A DNA stretch of 59,771 nt, taken from an uncultured Desulfatiglans sp. Lineage in GTDB: Bacteria > Desulfobacterota > DSM-4660 > Desulfatiglandales > HGW-15. The position numbers and the translations under genes are program-made. The stretch's first letter is position 1. Every line of letters starts with the position of its first letter. The stretch lies in contig CAZCMD010000007.1 in assembly GCA_964499695.1 (NCBI GenBank), forward strand, positions 1-59,771, given 5' to 3'. This document shows, in pieces, positions 46,068-54,077 of this stretch. The notes under the pieces are model-generated. The model did no database searches. It had not been told where the DNA came from and was given only the letters and a program-made list of their open reading frames with translations.

Positions 46068-47707
46068 TTATTTTGCTGTTTTACACTCAAAATTGGCTGC
46101 ATCATCAATACTGCCATTGCCTTTGTATTTTGCTACTTCAGGGTATGGGCAAAGAGGTCTTGTTCGTATTGGCTTTCCATCCTTAACCTGTTTTGCAATA
46201 ATCCTCTCCGGCGCCTGCCCCTTTTCACGCCAGTTGATAACGGCTGTTACAGGGTCATGCTGATCAGGACATACACCCCCTCCGCAATGTGACATGCCGG
46301 GTATCATAAAGAGTCTGAAAAATTCCGGTGTGTCAGCACCATTTACCTTTAATGCCTCTTCATAATAATTAACACCCGCCATGGGTTGTAAAACAGGATC
46401 AGCCCATCCATAGGTCATGAGAAGTTTTCCGCCCCGTTTTCTGAAGCTGGAAAGATCAGGGTTCTTGGCATCTACAAGTTTGCTCCATTCATCAAGCATA
46501 TGGATATCTTTATCAAAATCAAACGTCATTGGGTCATAGTCAGGCTTTGGCGGCTTATGTACAAGGTATTTCATTGTGCCATCAGCAAGGCCAAAGTCAG
46601 CCGATGGAAACCCAGGTTGTGCACCTATAATAAGGCCCATCCAGCCGCTCTGGGAAGGGCCACCAAACATGCCCGGCATAACTGTTTCACTGCCCGGCAT
46701 AAAACCGGGAAAGATATTTTTCCCGTTACTCATAGGACCCTGGTAGACCTTTGCTATTGCCTCAGCCTGGGCAGTGGTAAGACAATCAGCGCTATCCACT
46801 CCTTCTTTACATGCAGGAACATCCTTTGCAGGATTAAAATCACACTTACGCGGGTCATCAATAAGTTTGTCCTTTAATCCGTCAATCGCATCACACTTTG
46901 CCATTACTCTATCCGCTACAAGGGCCATCTTTTCTGCTGTAATCTGAACATTACTAAATGCCTTCTGGTTCCACATGGCGCCGATTGTAAAACCAGTCTG
47001 ATCCACCCAGGGTGCGGTTGCTACAATACCGTCAAAATCCTCTGGATAGCGCTGTGCCTCTATCAGCCCCTGACGGCCCCCGTTTGAGCAGGAGTTCCAG
47101 TATGAATATTTTACCGGTGTTGAATAATAATCCTTTGCGATGGCCTTTCCTGTCACAGCAGTCAGGTGCACTGCACGATAGGCATAATCTATTGCCTTCT
47201 GCGGGTTACTCATTACAAAGGAGGCGCCTGGTTCCTTTTTGGTATCATGACCTGTATTTGTCTGTGCAACTGCAAAACCGTTTTCGATGGCCTGTTTGAC
47301 CTGTGAAATCCTCATAGGGTCATCCAGCGCCTCGCCTGCATGACCTCCATTACCGAACATGAAAAACCTGCCATTCCATTTTCAGGAAGATTTACCTCAA
47401 AAGCGATCTCAGGGTCAATCATACCCTTGACCCTGCAGAAACCTGGAGTCGCACCGTCAGCAGGTATCTTCTCAGCGGCTATGTTAACGATGTCATCGGC
47501 TTTATATGTGCCTATTTCATCACAGGATTTGGCAGGTGATATATCTGCCTTTGAATAATCATTAAGCGCTTTATCAATATCCTCAAAAGGTTGTGCATTA
47601 ACTGATATAGCTGATGCACAGGTTAAGATGATTGAAAGACTAAGAAATTCACAAACCTTTCTGAAGTGTTTCCCTGACCAATATTTTTTATTTTTTTTTG
47701 TCTCCAT
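46068..47707 (-). pseudogene. Tannase/feruloyl esterase paralogue disrupted by a 1-nt frameshift
   Basis: ORF 47312-47707 (signal peptide ... FEVNLPEN) and ORF 46068-47360 (MFGNGGHAGE ... SCSNGGRQG ... RPLCPYPEVAKYKGNGSIDDAANFEC) join into one protein. This requires restoring one T in GAAAATGGAATGG (reverse complement of about 47373-47385), which gives ENWNGRFFMFGNGG. Confidence 0.75.
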
Positions 47708-47828
47708 ACCCTCTTCCTTTTTTAATTATTAATGATGAGACACAGTTAATTAGATCCTGTGTTGTTATATTTGCAGAAAGTAAATAAGTCTATTAATTGC
47801 TGACACAGCAAATATCTTTAAAACCTGG

Positions 47829-47881
47829 ATTTCCCAGTCCAGCCTTCGCCAAGGCTACGGCTTGGCAGGCAAGCCGGGAAA
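47829..47881. repeat. Structured intergenic repeat with an outer stem and two inner hairpins
   Basis: The outer stem is ATTTCCC...GGGAAAT. It encloses GCCTT-CGCC-AAGGC and GCTTG-GCAGG-CAAGC. Confidence 0.5.
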
Positions 47882-47922
47882 TGACAAGCTTACGAAAATA
47901 TTCATAACAATTTGTCAATTAA

Positions 47923-47958
47923 GAGCTGACAGCTGAGAGCTGATGGCTGACAGCTAAA
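47923..47958. repeat. GCTGACAGC-type intergenic repeat
   Basis: AGAGCTGACAGCTGAGAGCTGATGGCTGACAGCTAAAAG. Related to 10296-10372. Confidence 0.55.
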
Positions 47959-47962
47959 AGTA

Positions 47963-47990
47963 CAGGGCCAAAACAGGTGTTTTGGCCCTG
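47963..47990 (-). terminator. Hairpin immediately downstream of the GRE stop codon
   Basis: CAGGGCCAAAAC-AGGTG-TTTTGGCCCTG. There is a T-run on the plus strand and a weaker one on the minus strand. Confidence 0.45.
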
Positions 47991-47996
47991 CATTTT

Positions 47997-50453
47997 TTAC
48001 AAACTATGTTCGCTCCTGTTTATTACATCATCCTGTATGCCAGGTGATAGTTGTGTAAAATATGCGCTGAAACCGCCTATCCTCACAATGAGATCCTTAT
48101 GTTTTTCAGGATTCACCTTTGCATCCTTCAATTCATTTGTATCAACCATGTTGTATTGAATATGTGAGCCGTCATTACCCATAAAGGCATTTGTATATGC
48201 AACCAGTTTTCCGATGCTCTCTTCGCTCTGTACTATGGATGAAGAAAACTTCTGGTTAAGCACAGATGCATATGACTCCCTTGATCCAGCCTTTAAGGCA
48301 GAACGGAGCACAGCTGTAGGCCCTTTCTTGTCTGCGCCGCGCATGGGTGAAAGTGACCCGTCATTGAGGGGCTCAAGGGCCTTTCTCCCGTTCGGAAGTG
48401 CACCTACACCGAGGCCGCCAAAATAATGCCAGGCAAGGCCTTCCCGTGCCACAAGATATTTTCTGTATGGGGAGTTATCATAACTCCTGATTATTTTGTA
48501 TGAATCCTTACTAATCTTTGCGACAAGGCTGTCCACTTCATCAATATCATTTCCATACTTGGGCTGTTTTATACACATCTGGCGAACCTCTTCACCCTTT
48601 TTGCCTTCAAAGTCGCTGTTGAGCACATCAAGCAGTTCCGACATGGTCAGTTTCTTATCGTCAAATACAAGTTTCTTTACCGCCATCAGGGAGTCAGCAG
48701 TATCGATCATGGCCCGATCTGAAAAACCGAAGTTTGAGTAATCGGGATGCGGAATCAAAAGGTCCTGCCCGTTTTCCATGGTTTTTTCTATACCCATCAC
48801 TGAGAGGAACGGGAGTCTCACATATTTGGGTTGTTCCTTTCTGGCAATAGCGCCAAGCCAGAAAACCCTGTGGGTAAAAAATTTATGCTGGACCATCACG
48901 GCATTATAGAGATCATCAAAGCTCTTAAATTCCCTCGGATCACCTGTCTGAACACCGGTTAACTTTCCATTGATATCAATCCCGTTATGCAGGGCCAGGT
49001 GCAGCATTCCGGCCATATTGGTGGCAGCCACGCCATCAGAGCCGTAATGCTCAGCCCTTGAAGGCAGACACGGGTACACGCAGCCCAGGCCGCACCACTC
49101 TCTGGCCTCTTCCGCTGGAATTCCATCCTCAACAAAATGAGAGATAACAACCTCATCATTCTCAAAGAGGGGTATGCCGCCCTTTGTAGCCATGTTTGTG
49201 CGTATGGCCTTGCTCATAATCCAGTCTGGTGTGCCTTTGTTCCATCTGAGTCCGACAGTAGGGGAAGAAAGCTGTAAAAGTCCAACCATATGGAGGAAAA
49301 GATAGGTCAGTTCGTTTGTGGCATCAACACCGTTTTTATCAACACCACCCAGCATAATATTATTGATTGCAAAATTGATCTGGTGTGACTGCTTTAGGCT
49401 TTCAGCTGCGATAAAGGTCTGGGTCCCCCAGCGGCCGATCAATTCTGCCAGAAGTTCGGCAGCCTTTTCCAGTGTAATACGGCCACTGTTTATATCATTG
49501 ATAAAGTATTTGTACAGGTACTGATCGCCCCTGCCCCACTGTGGATTATTGTGCATGGGGTTTTCATAATTTTTGCATACCCCCATGATGGACATGCACT
49601 GCAGGGCCTCATGAAAGGTTCTTGCTGGATGTTCGGGCACATATTCGCAGATACGGGCTATTTCAAAAAGCTCCGCCTTACGTTCTGCTCTTGTTTCACT
49701 CTCTGCCATCTTTCTTGCTAAGGCAGCATACCTGTGAGCATGGGCTATAGCTGCCTCGCACACGATGATGGCCGATCTCCAGAAATGAAGTTTATCAATG
49801 TTAGTATCCTTATTCCTTATAAACTCATCTATATGGGCCTTTGCATCATCGATAAAACTCCTTACACCTTTATTTATGATCTTTTCCCACATGAGCACGG
49901 ATGTACATTGCGGGAAAAAGCCTGTATCAAGTGTCGGGTCTTTCAGCTTTGCATCTTCGGCATCCTTTGCCCATGAACCAACAACCTCTTCCCATGCCTT
50001 GTATGTCATTTCAGGGGCAGTCTTACCTATAAATACTCGGGCACTGTTTCTAAGTATCTCAAGGCTTTCCTTATCCAGACCGACATTTGCATCCATTGTG
50101 ACATTGATTTTTCCCTTATCGTCCCACAGGCCGGGGATATAGTCTCCTGAAATATCAAATGATGTGGCACACCCGATAACATTGGGAGTTAATCGGCCAA
50201 CGATCACGTCATAGTTCTGAATGCGGATCTCTATATTTTTAAGGATCTTTTCCAGGAGCTTCGCGCGCCTGATCTGTATATCCTCACCCTCGGTCTCCTT
50301 CCATGATTCTGCTGTCCATTTTGCCCTGTCGGCAAAAAGCATCCACCCGGATGATTTCACTGCCTGCTTCCATTGCTGGATACGTTTGCTGAGTGTAAGC
50401 TTATCAATCTGGTCAAACAGTTTTTTATTAATATCAGTCATGTTATTCTCCAT
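47997..50453 (-). CDS. Glycyl radical enzyme (PFL2/PflD-like family) of unassigned substrate class
   Basis: 818 aa. Has the C-terminal glycyl radical motif VRIGGFSAYF (48057-48083), the DKKGPTAVLRS motif, and Cys loop GLGCVYP (49071-49085). The start may be the second ATG at 50441, which follows GGAGAA. Confidence 0.9.
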   Translation of the reverse strand: MENNMTDINKKLFDQIDKLTLSKRIQQWKQAVKSSGWMLFADRAKWTAESWKETEGEDIQIRRAKLLEKILKNIEIRIQNYDVIVGRLTPNVIGCATSFDISGDYIPGLWDDKGKINVTMDANVGLDKESLEILRNSARVFIGKTAPEMTYKAWEEVVGSWAKDAEDAKLKDPTLDTGFFPQCTSVLMWEKIINKGVRSFIDDAKAHIDEFIRNKDTNIDKLHFWRSAIIVCEAAIAHAHRYAALARKMAESETRAERKAELFEIARICEYVPEHPARTFHEALQCMSIMGVCKNYENPMHNNPQWGRGDQYLYKYFINDINSGRITLEKAAELLAELIGRWGTQTFIAAESLKQSHQINFAINNIMLGGVDKNGVDATNELTYLFLHMVGLLQLSSPTVGLRWNKGTPDWIMSKAIRTNMATKGGIPLFENDEVVISHFVEDGIPAEEAREWCGLGCVYPCLPSRAEHYGSDGVAATNMAGMLHLALHNGIDINGKLTGVQTGDPREFKSFDDLYNAVMVQHKFFTHRVFWLGAIARKEQPKYVRLPFLSVMGIEKTMENGQDLLIPHPDYSNFGFSDRAMIDTADSLMAVKKLVFDDKKLTMSELLDVLNSDFEGKKGEEVRQMCIKQPKYGNDIDEVDSLVAKISKDSYKIIRSYDNSPYRKYLVAREGLAWHYFGGLGVGALPNGRKALEPLNDGSLSPMRGADKKGPTAVLRSALKAGSRESYASVLNQKFSSSIVQSEESIGKLVAYTNAFMGNDGSHIQYNMVDTNELKDAKVNPEKHKDLIVRIGGFSAYFTQLSPGIQDDVINRSEHSL

Positions 50454-50461
50454 AAAAAATA

Positions 50462-51370
50462 TTACCTTGAGATCGTGCAGTTTATTCCACGATCCGTATA
50501 TGCCTTTTTAACGGCCTCAATATCATTATACTCCATTATGCCGGTCTCTCCAAAAGGGTATTTCATATCAAGGGCCATGTACTTATTCTTGCCCATCCTG
50601 TGAAAGGGCATAAGTTCAAATCTTAATGCCTTTGCTCCGAGCCCCTTTAAAAATTCCGAAGTCGCATCAATATTTGACTCAGTATCGTTTACACCCGGGA
50701 TCAGCGGATTGCGGAACTTTACATCTGCACCAGATGCGAGCAAGAGGGCGGCATTCTTTAGTATCCTGTCATTAGGATGCCCGGTATATCCCTTATGTAT
50801 ATCGGTATCAAGGTGTTTCAGATCAAATAGAAAATGGTCGGTTACAGGCAGTACCTCCTTAAAGGCCTCTGTCCTGACATTACCGCAGGTCTCAATGCAG
50901 GTATCTATCTTTTCACCATGGCACAACTCGAACAACTCCCTCACAAATGCAGGATGGAGCAGAGGTTCGCCGCCCGAAACAGTAACCCCGCCACCTGACT
51001 CATCATAAAACATCTTGTCGCGCCTTACCTCATCCCAGACCTCTTCAACAGTCATGGTTTTACCATATTTAACGAGGGCCCCATACATACAGTTATCAAC
51101 GCATTTACCGCAGGCATCACAGAGGTTATAATCAATGCGGTGCTTTGCTTTATCTTTGCTGATTGCGTTTTTAGGGCAGGTTTCAATACATTTACCGCAT
51201 CCTTTGCAGAGTAATTCCAAAAAACCGATCTGGGGCTTGCCTGATATGCATTCAGGGTTTGCGCACCATTTGCATGAAAGGGGGCATCCCTTGAAAAAGA
51301 CAACAGTCCTTATACCCGGACCATCGTGTATTGAATACCCCTGAATATTGGTAATAACGGCACTTTCCAT
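50462..51370 (-). CDS. Glycyl radical enzyme activating enzyme (radical SAM with two auxiliary 4Fe-4S motifs)
   Basis: N-terminal SIHDGPGIRTVVFFKGCPLSCKWCANPE (CX3CX2C) plus CKGCGKCIETCP and CDACGKCVDNC ferredoxin-like motifs. Confidence 0.9.
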   Translation of the reverse strand: MESAVITNIQGYSIHDGPGIRTVVFFKGCPLSCKWCANPECISGKPQIGFLELLCKGCGKCIETCPKNAISKDKAKHRIDYNLCDACGKCVDNCMYGALVKYGKTMTVEEVWDEVRRDKMFYDESGGGVTVSGGEPLLHPAFVRELFELCHGEKIDTCIETCGNVRTEAFKEVLPVTDHFLFDLKHLDTDIHKGYTGHPNDRILKNAALLLASGADVKFRNPLIPGVNDTESNIDATSEFLKGLGAKALRFELMPFHRMGKNKYMALDMKYPFGETGIMEYNDIEAVKKAYTDRGINCTISR

Positions 51371-51697
51371 ACTAAAACTAAAACCTCAACCACTAATCGG
51401 CAATCCATTCAATTACCTAGTAAAATTAAGCAGATATTATAGGCATGTCAACCAAATGTAAATAAATAAAATGCCAATTATCCTGTGATTTCTGAAAGTT
51501 ATAGAAGCTTCAACAACTTAGGGCCTAAATTTTCTATGATGACAAACCCGGTTTTTGCCTATATATTTTTGTTTGCTGGTTTGAGATAAGAACCGGATGT
51601 TTTTATAGTAACCAGACATGAAAACAGCTTTATTATTTTTTTACCCACATGACAACATTATAGCTGTATGAATATAAATAATCTTAAGGTAAACAGT

Positions 51698-52804
51698 ATG
51701 TCCTTTCGGAATATAATATTATATGTGATGAGTGGTACAGGCAATACCTATCGTGTGGCCGAATGGATGAAAGAGATAGCTGAATCCCACGCTGTACCCG
51801 CAGAGATCAAAATGATCGACCATGTAAAACATGGAGATAAAATAAAACCGGAAAAAGAAAGTCTGTCAGGTATAATGTTCCCCGCTCACGGTTTGATGGC
51901 CCCATGGTCGATGATCAAATTTTTATTTTGTATGCCTTATGGCAATAATGCACCGTTGATCATCATCTCTACCAGAGGTGGCATAAGGCTGGCTTCTGTT
52001 GTTATCCCGGGGGCTGTAGGTTTTGGAAATTTTCTGGCCTCCCTCATATTATTGTTTAAAGGATACCGGATCAAAGGCCTGTTCAGCCTCGATATGCCGG
52101 TGAACATGATCAATTTTCACTGGGGTATGAATACTAAAAATATTGAGGTAATGTTAATCAGGGCAAGGAACAAAATTGGCCCGGTAATGGATCGTATTCT
52201 AAATGGTAAAAAGGTGTTTTATCTCAGGAATAACCTCTGGGAGCTGGCCTGGGCTGTTCTATTATTCTGGATGATCCCGGTATTCCCGATCATTTACCTC
52301 CTTGTTGGCAAGCTATTTATGGCAAAGATGATGTTCGCAGACAACCGGTGCAATGGTTGTGGTGTATGCGCCGAATTTTGCCCTAATCATGCAATCAGGA
52401 TGAGACAGGCCGGAAAGAATAAAGTGCCTTTCTGGACATATCACTGTGAAGCCTGTATGCGATGCATGGCATACTGTAAAAAGGAGGCAATAATTGCAGG
52501 CCATTCATGGGGAGTATTACTCTTTTTAATAACATCTGTACCATTAAATTTTTTATTATTGCGAAAGACCGACCTCTTTTCCGCTATGGGGATTGAAAAC
52601 TTCTGGTTAAAACAGACTGTTGAAATGGTTTATGTTATTCCTGCCATAATTATTTCATACTGGATATACTGGCTGCTTATACAAATACCGTTTGTTAACA
52701 CCCTGTTTACCTACACCTCTCTCACAAGATATTTTCGCAGGTATCATGAGCCGGAAACCGGACTAAAGGATTTTGAGATAAAAAATAAACAATCTCTTCA
52801 TTAA
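51698..52804 (+). CDS. Membrane-anchored flavodoxin-like / 2x[4Fe-4S] ferredoxin protein (EFR1-like N-terminus)
   Basis: N-terminal ILYVMSGTGNTYRVAEWM (flavodoxin-like). Central CNGCGVCAEFCP and CEACMRCMAYC motifs. At least four hydrophobic helices are present. I chose the ATG at 51698 after AAGG; the ORF-track start is 51668. Confidence 0.6.
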   Translation: MSFRNIILYVMSGTGNTYRVAEWMKEIAESHAVPAEIKMIDHVKHGDKIKPEKESLSGIMFPAHGLMAPWSMIKFLFCMPYGNNAPLIIISTRGGIRLASVVIPGAVGFGNFLASLILLFKGYRIKGLFSLDMPVNMINFHWGMNTKNIEVMLIRARNKIGPVMDRILNGKKVFYLRNNLWELAWAVLLFWMIPVFPIIYLLVGKLFMAKMMFADNRCNGCGVCAEFCPNHAIRMRQAGKNKVPFWTYHCEACMRCMAYCKKEAIIAGHSWGVLLFLITSVPLNFLLLRKTDLFSAMGIENFWLKQTVEMVYVIPAIIISYWIYWLLIQIPFVNTLFTYTSLTRYFRRYHEPETGLKDFEIKNKQSLH

Positions 52805-52868
52805 AATTGTCTGATCGGCTTCAGACAAAAACCTTATAAACCCTTATTGATTGAGTCGGTACTATGGT

Positions 52869-52885
52869 GTACACTTTTAGTGTAC
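52869..52885 (+). promoter_or_regulatory. Palindrome upstream of the Phd-type antitoxin gene (possible operator)
   Basis: GTACAC-TTTTA-GTGTAC, directly before the AAAGGAGG RBS. Confidence 0.3.
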
Positions 52886-52900
52886 AAAAGGAGGTTCAAT

Positions 52901-53134
52901 ATGCTGGAAGTCAACATAAGAGACGCGAGAGCCAATCTTAGCGCTCTGTTAGACAGGGTTGAGACCGGAGAAGAGATCATCATAAAACGAAGAGGAAAGG
53001 CAATAGCTAAAATAGTTTCTCCTCAGACTAATTGCATGCTGCCGAGTCTTAAGGATTTTCGGTCATCAATAAAGATAAGTGGTAAATCTATGAGCCAATC
53101 GATTGTGGATGCCCGAAAAGAGGATCGTTTTTAA
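52901..53134 (+). CDS. Phd/YefM-family antitoxin
   Basis: 77 aa. MLEVNIRDARANLSALLDRVETGEEIIIKRRGKAIAKIV is a typical Phd/YefM N-terminal fold. RBS AAAGGAGG. Confidence 0.7.
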   Translation: MLEVNIRDARANLSALLDRVETGEEIIIKRRGKAIAKIVSPQTNCMLPSLKDFRSSIKISGKSMSQSIVDARKEDRF

Positions 53135-53208
53135 TGATATTTGTCGATACAAGTGTCCTTATTTCCTATTATTGTCCTGAACCTCTTAGTTTGATGATTT
53201 TAACCTAA
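53134..53208 (+). pseudogene. Remnant of a PIN-domain toxin (first 24 codons only)
   Basis: A TAATG overlap joins it to the antitoxin. MIFVDTSVLISYY is a canonical VapC N-terminus (first acidic Asp), but the frame stops at 53206-53208, and the SDR gene ends at 53229. Confidence 0.55.
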
Positions 53209-53228
53209 TAATCTGACCAGTTAAGAAT

Positions 53229-54023
53229 TTAACATGAGAGCATATACCCGCCATCAATAACCATTACAGTGCCTGTTACCTGAGCCGATGCAGGTGCAGC
53301 AAGGTATACAGCCATTGCCCCTACCTCTATCGGTTCACCGAATCGCCCGGCAGGCATCTGGTTGATTATATAGGCATATTGATCATTGGGGATAAATTTG
53401 GACAGCTCGGAATTGGTAAACCCGGGTGCAATCGCATTTACACGGATATTATATTTGCCCATTTCAACAGCCATGCAGCGTGTAAAGTGGCTGGCTGCTG
53501 CCTTGGCAGTACTGTAAGGGCTCATGGGCTGGGTCTTGTTTACAATAAACGCGGCATTGGATGTAATATTTATTATAGAGCCGCCCTTGCCGGAGTCACG
53601 CATCCTTTTTCCCACCTCATAGGTCATATGGACGGTACCATTAAGGTCTGTATTAACCACATTATACCAGTCGGTAAGCTCATCATCCATATTAAGGAGT
53701 TCATTGAAGCACGATATCCCTGCATTATTAACAAGTATGTCAATGTTTTTAAAGGCATCAAATGCCTCGGCTACGGCCTTTCTTACGCTTTTCATATCTG
53801 TAACATCACACGAAAAACTCTCATATCTGCCGCCATTGGGCTTAAGCTCAGCTATGGCCTCCTTTGCCTTTTCGCTGTCTCTGCAAAAAACAGCGATATT
53901 GGCGCCGCTCTGCGCCATAGCCGTAGCGATCCCAAGGCCAAGTCCCCTGTTTCCCCCTGTAACAAGGGCATTCTTTCCGGTAAGATCAAAGGCGTTTTTC
54001 ATACTGGTAATTGACTGGATCAT
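53229..54023 (-). CDS. Short-chain dehydrogenase/reductase (classical SDR)
   Basis: TGGNRGLGLG (TGxxxGxG), NNAG, catalytic YSTAKAA (YxxxK). Confidence 0.9.
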   Translation of the reverse strand: MIQSITSMKNAFDLTGKNALVTGGNRGLGLGIATAMAQSGANIAVFCRDSEKAKEAIAELKPNGGRYESFSCDVTDMKSVRKAVAEAFDAFKNIDILVNNAGISCFNELLNMDDELTDWYNVVNTDLNGTVHMTYEVGKRMRDSGKGGSIINITSNAAFIVNKTQPMSPYSTAKAAASHFTRCMAVEMGKYNIRVNAIAPGFTNSELSKFIPNDQYAYIINQMPAGRFGEPIEVGAMAVYLAAPASAQVTGTVMVIDGGYMLSC

Positions 54024-54077
54024 TTTTTCTCCTTTTATGCTCTAGATTTTATAAGATGCGGCATTCTATTTTATGAC

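Noticed and set aside
46068-47707. Treating 47312-47707 and 46068-47360 as two genuine overlapping genes
   Set aside because: Together they reconstruct one tannase-family protein colinear with the intact paralogue. The break falls inside the conserved WNG motif.
47997-50453. Calling the GRE pyruvate formate-lyase (pflB) or benzyl/alkylsuccinate synthase
   Set aside because: It has no CC dyad in the Cys loop, and no pflA-type single-cluster activase. There are no small beta or gamma subunit ORFs nearby, so no specific name is justified.
53379-54045. Two plus-strand ORFs (211 and 113 aa)
   Set aside because: Both are antisense to the SDR gene, which has all its catalytic motifs. Neither has recognisable domains.
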